A DNA stretch of 53,299 bases, counting the filler, from Asterionella formosa (taxonomy: Eukaryota), in the NCBI GenBank assembly GCA_002256025.1. It is 4 parts of 4 records of this genome, joined end to end, with 100 filler letters (N's around TTAATTAATTAA, not from the genome) between each part and the next. Parts side by side here need not be neighbours in the genome. Positions count along the whole stretch, not along the records: positions 26,716 to 39,968 come from NKIB01006856.1; positions 40,069 to 53,299 come from NKIB01006861.1; 2 more parts are not named here. One strand, given 5' to 3'. The stretch's first letter is position 1; the number at the start of each line of letters is the position of its first letter. A program made the position numbers and the translations under genes. Below are positions 35,151-47,797 of the stretch, in pieces. Under the pieces are notes generated by a model. The model ran no database searches and was not told the origin of the DNA. It worked only from the letters and a program-made list of their open reading frames with translations.

Positions 35151-36970
35151 ATGACAGAACCTGAGGATGATACTCGTCTTCTACCTCCAGCCAAGCGAAC
35201 TCGTTGGACGTTTGATGAACCATGTACAACAATGGAACATACCGAACGGAGCACTCCTTATTTTGACATTGCATCATCCGAAACACAAGCTGCTGATTTG
35301 ATCATTCTTGGCTGGTGGTGGTGGTACGAAGGGGACTGTGCCAACAATATGACATCCTTCGACAACGTAGTACGTGCTATACCCGAGCCTTCGAACCAAC
35401 GTGGATTGGCATTGTGTCGAAAGGAATTGACTAATATTGATGGAACAGCAGCGCCATTCAAGGCAGGAATGACAACTCCTGTGATTCGACTTGTGGACGA
35501 AAACACTCTTACTACCAAAGTACGTTGAATAGAATGACTCTTTGTGAATTTTATTTTTTAATAGATTCATCTTGTTGGTTATTTTGTTCAAATGAAATAA
35601 ATTATCCCATCGACAGTATTCACTGACATTTCACTGCTTGTGGACCCTTTGTTCGAACACAGAGATTTGCCTTGATGGGATTGGGCAAGAAAGACCATGA
35701 AGGATTGGGCCGGACCATTGGAAGTACCTTGGCATCAATGGCTGATCAAGAAAAAGGATGCAAGTCATGTCTTGTTTATTTGCCCAATGACATACTATCA
35801 TCAGATGCATTCCTTCGTGATTGTACAGCATCTTTCTTTGTAGCATTGTATTCTGACAACCGCTATCGGACTGGATCACACTTGAAATGGCCTGCGGTAG
35901 GAATGATGCATCTGTACTTTGCACCCCTCCTACTTGCTATACCAGGAGAACAAGAGGCACCACCTTGGGATAGAGATACATTTGCATCCATCGTAAAGGA
36001 GGGGATGCACATGGCTCGTGGGCAATATTTAGCCATGGATATTGTCAATGCACCACATAATGTATTGAATTCAGTTTCATTGGCGAATGAAGCCATTGAT
36101 TTAGCTGCCAAATCCAATCATTTAGTTTGCAAAATTCTAAACAAACAAGATTGTGAATTGCGTGGAATGGGAGCATACTTGGCAGTCGCAAGAGGAAGTG
36201 AAACACCACCAAAATTTATTCATTTAACCTACACACCTCCTGGGACAAGAGTCATTCAACGAAAGGTTGGGATTGTTGGAAAAGGACTGCTGTTTGATAC
36301 AGGAGGGTACAATATTAAAGTCAATGCCATGGAATTGATGAAATTCGATTGTGGTGGTGCTGCGGCTGTCTTGGGCGCTGCCAAGGCCATTGATGGGTTG
36401 GAGATTCCTGGTGTGCAAGTGCATTTCATCATTGCAGCATGTGAAAACATGATTAGTGCCAAGGCATATGTTCCATCCGATGTGTTGGTGGCATCCAATG
36501 GAAAGACTATTGAAGTGGTCAATACTGATGCTGAAGGGAGATTAACATTGGCAGATGCACTTGTGTATGCCGATAAGGAAGTGGGCTGTGATAAGATTAT
36601 TGAATTGAGCACACTCACGGGAGCATGTATGGCTGCCTTGGGCAAATCGGTTTGTGGAGTATGGACCAACAATGACGAGCTGGCTGCAGAACTGGATGCT
36701 GCCAGTAAGATTACAGGAGAAAAGTCATGGCGAATGCCCATGGTGACGGAATACAATGAACAGCTTGACAGCAAGATTGCTGATATTACCAATTGTGGCA
36801 CAAGATTTGGAGGGGCCATCACTGCAGCACTCTTTTTGCAAAATTTTATTGAAAAAGACAAGCCTTTCTCGCACATTGATATTGCTGGGCCTGTTTGGAA
36901 TGACAAGAAGGGAGCCACTGGCTTTGGAGTCAAGCTAATCACTGAGTGGTGCAAACAACAAGGAGCGTGA
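35151..36970 (+). CDS. M17 leucyl aminopeptidase (exons 35151-35519 and 35663-36970)
   Basis: VGKGLLFDTGG, MKFDCGG and NTDAEGRL motifs. GT..AG intron 35520-35662 restores the frame (TK|RFALMGLG). Confidence 0.9.
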
Positions 36971-37245
36971 AGTAGTTCATTAAAGGCAACATTCGCAAAT
37001 TTGACAATTTGATCAACGAATTGCCATTCTGATCTTAAACTGTCTTGGTTTATTCTGTCAGGAGAATTCATCGGATCTGCTTGCTACACTAGTATGCGTT
37101 TAGCTATTTGTAACATTCAGGTTGACATTGCATTGCCTTAAACATCAATTTGATTGTATTACTTTGCACACTATCAGTTATTCGGTATGACCTGCCACTT
37201 CTATTCTTTGTCTAGTGATTGTGATCCTAATCATGACATCTTTAC

Positions 37246-37341
37246 CATTATTATAATATCCCCTCCTAGGCAGCAGACTTGGTGGATACATGCCATTAAT
37301 ATAATATCCCCTCCAAGGCAGCAGACTTGGTGGATACATGC
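37246..37341. repeat. 48-bp direct tandem duplication
   Basis: CATTA.TATAATATCCCCTCC.AGGCAGCAGACTTGGTGGATACATGC x2. Confidence 0.9.
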
Positions 37342-37500
37342 AATCCTGAAAGAGTCAAAAGCAATCATCATCACAAAAATGTCAATATGGTACGACGATA
37401 ATAAAACAAACTATTTTTGCGAGTTAAGCATGCAGAAGCATCACTATGTTGCAGTTGTCCCTTTGTCCTTTTTTGTCGTTCTTCATTTGTGTGCTAAAAC

Positions 37501-39517
37501 TCACTCACCCTGCTTCTTCACCCATTCCGTTACCAATTTGGCACCAAATCCAGTTGCACCCTTTTTGTCATCCCAAACTGGTCCGGCAATATCAATATGA
37601 CAAAATGGCTTTTCCTTGTCAACAAAGTTTTGCAAAAAGAGTGCTGCAGTAATAGCGCCACCATATTTTGTTCCACAATTGGTCATATCAGCAAGCTTCG
37701 ATTTAAGCTGGTCATTGTAAGATTCTTCCAATGGCATTCTCCACGTTTTGTCTCCGCTAGTCTTGGAACATTCATCGATTTCAGCTGCCAATTCATCATT
37801 GGATGTCCAGACACCTGCCATTGCTTTGCCAAGTGAAATCATACAAGCTCCGGTGAGTGTGCTCAATTCAATAATCGTTTCGCACCCAACTTCCTTGTCA
37901 GCATACACAAGAGCATCAGCCAACGTCAATCTCCCTTCAGCATCAGTATTGATGACTTCAATTGTTTTACCATTGGATGCAGTAAGAATATCACCTGGTA
38001 CCATGGCACGTTGGTTGATCATATTTTCACATGCTGCCACAAAGAAATGTGCTTCTACACCCTTTGGGGCCATTTGACCAATGGCCTTGGCAGCTCCCAA
38101 AACAGCTCCTGCTCCTCCACAATCAAATTTCATTAATTCCATCATTGCTGTTTTGATATTGTCTAGAGAAAAAAGCGAAAACAAAATATACAATGAGGAA
38201 TGAATGAATTCTGAGCCATGTTATTGTCACAGTCACAACACACAGATATACGATGTCTTTGACATGATCTTGACACTTACATCCACCAGTATCCATTAAA
38301 AGTCCTTTTCCAATAATTCCAACTTTCTTGAGAACAGACTTTTCATCATTGTCTGATGATGGTGGTGTGTAGGTAATGTGAATGAACTGTGGTTCTGTTT
38401 CACTTCCCCGTCCAACAGCTAAAAATGCACCCATGCCACGTTCTTGACATTCTTGTGTACTCAAAATACGACAAGATAGATTAGGAACAGTTTCGGCCAA
38501 ACGCTGTGCCGTTTCTGCCAAGGACATGGAATTCAATACATTATGTGGTGCATTGACAATATCCTTGGTCAAGACAACTCCAGATGCCATTTGCTGACCA
38601 AGGGAAATGGCATCATTGGCAATGGCAGTTGAACACACCAAATCTAGTGACACTAACGATTCAGCTGATTTAGTTATTCCATCACCAGTCTTGTATCGAT
38701 TGTCACTGTACAAGGTTGAATAGAAACTCGATGTAAGGGCAGTTACCATGGCATCTGTTGTGTTGTCTGGCATGATCATACTGCAAGAGACAATATCTTC
38801 CGTCATTTTGTTGGCTATGGCGGCACCAATTTTCGCTCCATCCTTGGTACAATCATCACTAAGACCGATCAAGGCATATCTTGTTGTCTGTGTGCAGTTG
38901 TAGATGATGAATTAAAATTTGTGAATTTGCGAGTTCTTGTCCACAAAACATAAAGGCGCAAACATGTCCGTGCCATTCCAAATGAATACATATACATATA
39001 TATCTGCACGTACCACTCCATTTTCCTTTAACACACGCACAGTCGGCGTTGTCATTCCAGCTTTTCCCTTGAATGCCTTTAGTTTAAGTAGATCCGTCAA
39101 GGCTCCCTTCAAGTCATCATCCAAAGTTTTGGCCATGCCAGTCAATGTTTTATTGTGTACTCCCAGCAAAATCAATTGATTCGCAGTAGCAGTTGTTTGT
39201 AGATTCGTAGTTGTTGTCACGGTAACATTATGCAATGAATTCCATTCCATGGATGGGCAATGATTCTCATAGGACCAAGTTGGGAAGGAGGATGGACTTG
39301 TGTCATCGGATGTTTGTGTTGTCGCCAAACGTTTGGAGAATGATTTGGATGTTGGCATCCTGATGACACCAAAAGTGCCAACTTGAGAAGGAGAGCGTTT
39401 GACGTTTGTAAATGAAGCAAAAGCGAGATGATGAGTTGCCAATGGAAAGGATGATGTTGATCCACCAGCAGCCATGACAATGGCCAATGAGCGAACCGCA
39501 TGAGAGGAAAACTTCAT
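37501..39517 (-). CDS. M17 leucyl aminopeptidase with N-terminal targeting presequence (exons 39517-39014, 38887-38281, 38162-37501)
   Basis: [15 protein letters not shown] across a phase-1 intron, plus MKFDCGG and NTDAEGRL. Both GT-AG introns restore the frame. Confidence 0.92.
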
Positions 39518-39968
39518 TTTAGTATCAGTAAGTTTAAGTAAATGTAAAGTAAAGGAATACCGTTTAATTGTGCCTGATGATGGGAGTTACGAAGCAAAAG
39601 ATATTGCACAATAAGGATTACTTCTTGTGAACAAAAAGATCATAATGTGATGATGATTGCCTCATCATCGCTGACGATCCATGGTGGCTGAGTGATGATG
39701 CATGGCCCCTCACAAAATTTTCTTGCATCACCGTCCGCAACCTCTCATCATGATACATAATCATCATGTTAGGTACCAGGTGAGCGATCTTGCGCATCAA
39801 TACAGATGTATATAGGGTTAGTGTTATATCATATATGTATCAGAACTCAATAATGAGAGAACTCGACTAACCCTCATTGTATACTTTGGTGTCGACTTGG
39901 AGAACGAGTTACACACAAGGATTAACAAATAAGCTCATATATTCAACAAATACTACTACTTCTAGTTA

Positions 39969-40068
39969 NNNNNNNNNNNNNNNNNNNNNNNNNNNNNNNN
40001 NNNNNNNNNNNNTTAATTAATTAANNNNNNNNNNNNNNNNNNNNNNNNNNNNNNNNNNNNNNNNNNNN
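39969..40068. other. Artificial contig linker
   Basis: N44-TTAATTAATTAA-N44. Confidence 0.98.
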
Positions 40069-41233
40069 GCTGAACATGCATCATGCTGAAGGCAATAGAC
40101 GCCCGAGGTGGTCTCATGCCTGCGAGTATACATGTGTTCGAGGCTGGGTGGCGCGAGTGGGTTGACCATATGAGTGGCGCCCCTGCTCTGCGATAAGGTC
40201 ACCTAAGAGTGCCATCACAGCCGAGTCGAGTACACAAATGTACGAGACGAAGGTAAGTAGCTGCTGGTACCAAGAACAAGGGTATTGCTGAGGCAATTCA
40301 CAAACTAGCTATTGTCGCGCCATTCGCTTGCCTACTGCCCACTCATTCAGTGTGAATGTCAATTTTAGCTCGCTATAGCCCATCATATAAAATATATTTC
40401 GTATCTTTTCTATATTCACATCGAAAATTGCAATGGGTCCGATATTGCCCATCATTAAAACATATATTGTATATTTCCTGCTATGTTCGCATTTCGGCAT
40501 TACAATTTGTAGCAATTGCCCCTTGGTTTTCCAGCCCTGGGATTGCCGAAACTGGCGAGGGGTCTACTTAAGGAAACCTTTTTATATAATCTACAGATTT
40601 TACTAATTTATATCTAGAATTCACGAATCTGTTGTAATATACATCGATTCTGTTTGTTTCTTAAAATGAAAGGGCGGAAATACAGCTTTGACACAGTCAA
40701 TCATCAACCATCGTGCCCAATCTGAAGCAAAATGTGTTCATTGATGACGAAAGTAGCGACTCGTCATCAAACAAATGTGGTTGGTTGTTGGATTACTCGT
40801 CTTCACATGGGATTCATGTCGTGTCATTATACCTACTTCGTCGTGGTGGCACCAAAATTGTAATTCCTAATTCAATCGAACTCCAAAAGTCTCATCATTC
40901 ATCATCCGAAATCTGTTGGACACTGACGATTCGGATGATTGCTCATCGATACTACTATCGTTGATTGGACTCTTGGGGACCAAGATTCATGGGTTGCGCC
41001 GGGACGAAGGAGTCAATTTTGTGCCATCGTTGTCAGATTTTTGGTGCTATTTCCAGACATTATGTTCAGTTACAATTCAAAAATGATTTTTTTAGCATGT
41101 TTTCTATGTAAAGATCAGATATCATGGCTCGGAAGCAAGTTTGATAATGCTTTTTGAGCGGCTCTAAAATATAGATTTGTTCTGTTGTTTTCATTCAATG
41201 TTATTATAATTCTAACATACTGATTATTCTACA

Positions 41234-42480
41234 ATGACAACGGGAACTAGAAGCCGTCGTTTTTCTCAAAGAGCAGTGACAAAGACTGCTAAGCGCAAAG
41301 AGCAAGATGGTAACCGGCGTGCTGCATCGCCATTGTGTGCACTGGCAGGGAAAAAGAAGCTTGAGTATGTTGTTGTTGATTGTTGTGTGCTTCCATGCTG
41401 CCCGTTTGGTCGATTTCATCCTAGCTAACATATTCAATCCATTACATTCTTCAGTTTATTGGAACAGAATTAGGTTGCTGCAAATGCTGCAAGTATTCCC
41501 GAAGTAGCCATTGAAGAAAGTGACGAAGAAGTAGAATGTAGGTGCGTTTGTTGTTGATTGTTGCATCATTGTGCTTCCGTTCCTTGGTTTTGCAATCACT
41601 CACAGTTGCATTGTTTCTTTCTTGTCATTGTCAGCTTTGTTAAAGAAACTTGCAAAGGCAATGTAACCACTACAACTGTGAAATATTCCGATTTAGAAAA
41701 ACACCATTCTGATTTTGAAAGCTCCAGCTCTGTTGATTGTCGTGATTCTGACTGCAGCGACAGTAGCGCATGTGATTCTGACACGAAGTGCTATCAAAGA
41801 TCTTTTACCGTTGTTGATTCTACTAACGCTGGAGCTCATGATCGCCACCATGATTCCCAGAATCCAAAGTCGGTTGCAACTGCTGCTGAAGACTATGCAA
41901 ATGCCATTTGATCCAGCAATGATGTTTTTGGATCTGCTACACAAACAGATGTTATCAGGAACCTGATGCACAAAACGAGCAGGTATACCAAGGCACTTAC
42001 CATCATTGAACGCAGATTCTTTGAAACTCTTTTCCGAAATCCAACCTTGGGCTTGCTTGCTGCTTGTATGGATCAGGATCCCGACAACAGAAACCATCCA
42101 ATCCGTCGATTCTACTTACTATGTTGTGGCTTACGACGTAAAGCTACCAAGGACATCGTCAACACTGCTGTGCTTTGGTTCGCAACCAAATTTTTTAAGA
42201 AAAAATCACCGGTCATCCTTGAAAGTGCATCTGACAAAGCCATCGCATCAGCAATGTACCTACCGAACACTGCCCAAACCAAGTTGAAAGAACTCTTTCC
42301 AATGCTTCTCCTGTCAAGGCATCCTGTACTCCCTGTCAAAGGATTTTAATGGCAAGGTGAGATTCAAGCATTTAAAAAATATGGCAATTGCTGCCAAGCA
42401 CTGTCCATTGGAATACGGTCACAAGCCCATGGCGTAGCTACGCTCACTCCGGATGAAACCTTGCTTACCTGAATAATGAT
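41234..42480 (+). pseudogene. Frameshifted ORF remnant, possibly the N-terminal part of a Crypton/DUF3504-type tyrosine recombinase
   Basis: The stitched translation ..MYLPNTAQTKLKELF/QCFSCQGILYSLSKDFNGK.. resembles the YxPxT..L...Y.I..DxxF core-binding pattern. Catalytic residues are not seen. Confidence 0.3.
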
Positions 42481-43233
42481 GATTGCCTCAATTCCATGGT
42501 ATGGAAAATGGGCAAAGGGTGTATGCTGCATTGTGACATTGTTAGTACTTACACAGGCAATTGAATTCTTTCCATCACCACAAAATCAACAACCGAAATA
42601 AGAAGGGAAAAAGCTGAACCCAATCTTGATCTGCATCGTTACATAGCGTAGATGATCTGCTTGCTGAAACCATGCACATCGCTGCAGGAGCCTGACACAA
42701 GTTGCAGTCCTTCCGCTCACACCAGTCCTTGTTCCTCTCACCAAACAACCCTGATCATCATTCCATTCCAACCCATTCTGATTGAGTGTAATCGCCAGGC
42801 TGCTCCAGCACTATCGACTCCCTCTAGCTGAATATACGTAGCTTCTGATACGAGCGAACTCGTAGTAGAAATGTAGCAAAGCGCGTTAGTACAAGAAAAG
42901 CATTGCTTGGCGGCAATATTGACATCATTGTCAACGACTATACAAATCAACAAATACGATCAACAACGGCACAATACAACATCTTCAAAAAATAGTCATT
43001 GATAAATGCATTGGTTCTTATGTAGATACATACAATCGAAACAAAACGACAGTGCCTGCGTAAAGACAAACAACGACAGAAGCGATCAAATCGGAAAGTC
43101 GATAAATAAGATCTACAATCCACATTCAGTGTTTCACTGTTGTACTCACCGATCCGCTTCAACTAGCATAACAAGCAGCAGAAGATGGGATCAAAGAAAG
43201 ACGAACGTTGCCTGTTGCAAGCCAGAATAGAGC

Positions 43234-43300
43234 AAAGGCAGGCAAGATAGGCTATCTTGCCTGCCTTTATAGTTCTCACTCTGCAGAGTGAGAACTATAA
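43234..43300. repeat. Two abutting perfect palindromes
   Basis: AAAGGCAGGCAAGATAG-G-CTATCTTGCCTGCCTTT (43234-43268) and TTATAGTTCTCACTCTGCAGAGTGAGAACTATAA (43267-43300). Confidence 0.95.
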
Positions 43301-45526
43301 TTGTGACAACGAAATCGGGCATTCAGTACGGAAAATCAATGAATATGTGAACGATATAATTTAACATTCAGGTCTCGTAAAAATAATACCGAGTCTACAG
43401 AGATAATTTTATAATGTGTTCAAAGTAAGCGTTTAAGTATGGCTTAAAGCATGCATGGTTGTTTTTAGTACCACGTACGTATGTAGAATAGATGACTACC
43501 GGTGAGAGTATCCGTTCAGACAGCATCATCAGATGCATGACCGGAGCAAAAACTTGCCACCAACATCAGATGTATCGATATCATTGTTCGTCCGACGAAA
43601 TATGGACAATGCGACTACATGAATCCCTCGAGAAGACAAGCAACAATCCAACCGCCAACCGCATCCGTTAGACAACGAATTGCTACTGGCGTCATCACGG
43701 AACTGATTTCGCTTCAAACCGGTCATCATGATGGACGACGATTGGCATGGTGAAAGGTGAATTGCTGGAGTCCACTTTTCAGGAGACGAACAAAAACGAG
43801 TAAGGTGAATTCTAGATATAAATTATTAAAATCTGTATAGTATATAAAATTGTTTCCTTAAGTAGACCCCTTGAAATGCAATTGGCACAAATTGTTATGC
43901 CAAAATGCAAACATAGGAAATATACAAAATAGCTTTTAATGATGGGCAATATTGGCCCCATCGCAATTTTCGAGGTGAAGATAAGAAATATTCGAAATAT
44001 ATTTTATATGATGGACTATAGCAAGCTAAAATTGACATTTATGCTTTATTAGTGGGCTACGATTTTGCGATTACTTTGTACAAATAAAACACAAGAGTGC
44101 AAAGGTAGTGGTTGTGAGCAGCTGGAGAATCCTACATCATGTTGTTGCAACCTTGCTTGACCATGACGAAAATACGAATTATCTCCACGAAAATTGAGAA
44201 CAAGCAACGCTTTGCTGCTTGCTACATACATTAAGTACGACATAGAAAATACAATGGTGAAAGAATTAAAGTAATAACACTAATTATGACAACGAAAATT
44301 GAGATCACCAATAGCAACATGAAGTCGTGTTTTTCTTGCAAGGTGAAGAACTCTCTCAGTTTTCACCAGACGGAAATAGTTGGTGTATTAATAAATATCA
44401 GAAAAATGCGCTCCATCCTGTAGAAGTAATGAAATTGACTTAGGTCCAGTATTAGGGAAATCTCTTCATTTTCCTGCCCCCCCACCTGAGTAAAATCAGT
44501 CAAATTCAGTCACAGCTTTGTACATTGAGGGGTCAGGACACTGAACATACGGTATATATGTGTTTTGGCAAGGAGCAAAATCATTTCTACATACAGCAAC
44601 TTAGATAAAATACACATTCAAGTATCATTTTTGTTTTTTTTAATGGCACTCTATCAATCTGGTGCCGATTCCTATGTAATTCAAATATTCAAATGGACAC
44701 TCGAATCTGGAGAATTCATAAAAGTAAACTCCTTGTTCCCTGCCGTCTTTGACAACCCTAGCGACGTTTTCTCCAATCTAGGGTTCAGCCGGACCCAACC
44801 TTGAAGTATGACGAGGTGTGTACATTATGTGTCAGCAGGTGGACACATCACAATATATAAATCCCATTTGTTAAGTACGAATTGTTGCGCATTACACGAA
44901 ATGATCTATGTACCGGTATTCGATGGAGGTCGCTGAACAACAGAACATCAGAAAAGAAGTCGATGAACACCCAGGAACAACAACGAAGTTCATTGTCCTG
45001 GCACCCTGGTACCAGGTACTCTTATCAGGGAACACACCAGGTACCGGAATAGTATTAGGTGCTGCGTGGAAATCAAAATGAGCACATCGATTACCGTTAC
45101 CAGATACTACATACCGGTATGTATTCATTTCCAGCCGCCAGTATATATCAGATGATCCGAACAGCGCCTGGTGCGTACTTGGTATCTGCTGTACGTAGAG
45201 TGTGTAGGTACCACCATGATGCTTTTGTTAAATCCACGACGTGCTTCTACACGGTACTGGTTGGGTCAATAGGAGTAGTCTATCGGTACCGGTATTACAA
45301 AAGGTACAGCTGGTACCTGGTACCAGCACTCTATCTACCTTGTACAAGGTGACATGACAACTAACACGTACATCCTTCTGGAATTTGCATACTGGTTTAT
45401 GTCCAGGAACAAAAGCGATGGTTTCTTCCCGCCGACGAGAGGCGTTGACCAGCACACCAGATCAAGTCTGGGACATAAATTACTCAGCAAACTCCTTTGA
45501 TTTCCCATATCATCAGTTCTTGCAAC

Positions 45527-47797
45527 ATGGGTTCTCCCGACGATATTGAGTACACTGATGCCGACGAAGAAATCTTTGTCAAAGCTGTCAATGTTCACAA
45601 AATGACGGGTGAGAATAGAGCAGTTAGCGTCCTTGATTCTCACGATGATCCGTTCGCTCCTCGTGAAGGGAAGACGTTGGCCTGGAAGAATGTTAACATG
45701 ACTTTGGTGCGTTTGTAATTTTGTATTTGCCAACTGAACTGTGTCTTTGTTTCCACTGATGTTCTCTTATCATTGTACTCTTCACATTCTCATTGACACC
45801 AACAGGTTGGCAAAAAGGGAGCGGAAGATCGCATGCTTCTCAAGGATAGTTGGGGCGAAGTGCCAGCGAAGCAGATCACTGCCATTATGGGGCCCAGTGG
45901 CGCCGGAAAAGTGAGTACACCATCGGTCTGCATAATTTGTCCCTTGTGTTCGCCGCGCTGACCTATATTTCTACCCGCAAAGACCTCGCTCCTAAACATT
46001 CTTGCTGGACGTGCTGCAACCCGTGGACGTATCAAGATTGATGCTGATATTCGTCTTGATAACTATTCTGTCGATCCTACAAACTTGGAAGTCCGCAAGC
46101 AGATTGCTTTTGTGGCGCAAGACGACTCACTTCAGGTTACTTCCACCCCTCGGGAGGCCATCAAGTTCTCTGCCAAGCTTCGCCTTCCTCGATCTACTAC
46201 TGATCACCAGATCGATAAACTTACCGTACGCATGTTGAATGAGCTCGGCTTAACAGATTGTGCCGACACCATTGTTGGTGGTGCTCTCATCAAAGGTATC
46301 TCTGGTGGACAGCGCAAGCGTACTAGTGTCGGTGTTGAGTTGGTTACCAAGCCGGCTTTGGTGTTCTTGGACGAACCAACTAGTGGTGAGTATACAATCA
46401 GGCTGAATGGTTCACCTGGAAGGCTTACTTGAGATGCAAACGTGCCAGACTAAATTTTCTTCGATTCCTTCTATGTCAGGCTTGGACTCCTTTTCTGCAG
46501 TTCAGTTGTGTCAGGTTTTGAAGAAGGTCGCCAATGCCGGGGCTAGTGTCCTGTTCACTATCCATCAGCCCGCCTCCGAAATTTTTAACTCCTTTGATCA
46601 CTTGATTCTTCTTAGTAAAGGTGGGGTTATGTACCAAGGATCAGTTCATAATGTCCCTCCTTTTTTCGCCCAATGTGGACATCCTGTTCCGGTCAACTAC
46701 AACCCTGCAGATTGGATTATGAATGTGGCTCAGGTGTTTTCAGAGAAAGAGTTGACGAATGATGGATTTTTCCCCGAGGACACGCGTGGTATGGAGACTG
46801 CCTTTCACGATGGTCTTGAGGGAAGAGATGCTCTTGGAATCACCATTACTGGGCACGCCAAGGAACCAGGATTCGACATGAGACCAGTTGGCTTCTTTAC
46901 AGAGATTAAACTGCTTTTCGGCCGTGAAATCACCAACTTGATCCGCGATACTACCGCAGTAGGTGCACGATTCGGTTTAACAATCTTCCTAAGTACTTTA
47001 ATCGGGACTATTTTCCTCAATGTTGGCGAGACAAACTCAGATAACCAAAGCGTACGTTTCCCACTTTTCAATGGCAGCTCATTTATATAACACTTCATGC
47101 ACTGAACTAAGTTTTTCGCTTACTTTCCGAATAACAGAATCTCAATAGCCATTTTGGTGCTATTGTCATGGTATTGTTAATGGGAATGTTTGGAACTGCG
47201 CAACCAGCTTTATTGTCATTCCCCGAGGAGCGACCTGTCTTTCTCCGCGAGTACTCCACCAATCACTACTCAGTTTTTTCTTACTTTATATCAAGATTAG
47301 TCATGGAGGCGTTCATCACTTTTCTTCAAGTCCTTGTAAGCACATTGATTTCCTATTTCATGATTGGATTTCAGTCCCCCTTCCTTCTTTTCCTTTGTAT
47401 TGCCTATTCATTGGCCATGGCTAGTACAGCTCTAGCTGTTTTACTTGGATGTGCTGTTGAGGACCCCAAGCTAGCACAGGAGATGCTTCCCATTCTTTTT
47501 GTGCCTCAAATGCTTTTTGCTGGATTTTTTGTTGCCCCAGAACTCATACCTGCGTGGCTCCGCTGGGCTCAGTATTTGTGCTCCTTGACATATGCCATTC
47601 GCCTTGTCCTGGTTGCTGAATTTGACAGAAATTGTGGATCAACCGAAGGTGACGATAATTGCCAAAGTCTTTTGATGCGCGTGGGTGCTAATCCAGATGA
47701 CACGTGGTGGTATTGGCTTGTGTTGTGTTGCCTCTTTGGTGCCTTCCGTCTCCTTGCCATGACGGTGTTAAGAAAGAAAGCAACCAAGTTCTATTGA
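45527..47797 (+). CDS. ABCG/White-family half transporter (exons 45527-45706, 45806-45910, 45983-46385, 46480-47051, 47138-47797)
   Basis: Walker A GPSGAGK|TS split by an intron, signature ISGGQRKR, Walker B VFLDEPTSG|LDS, H-loop TIHQP and a C-terminal ABC2 membrane domain. Four GT-AG introns restore the frame. Confidence 0.95.

Larger units (their letters stand above)
40337..44057. mobile_element. Putative ~3.7-kb element bounded by ~470-500-bp diverged inverted repeats
   Basis: ~40337-40850 is reverse-complementary to ~43590-44057. It includes the perfect 20-mer AGGGGTCTACTTAAGGAAAC (40558-40577 / 43852-43871). No TSD seen. Confidence 0.6.
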
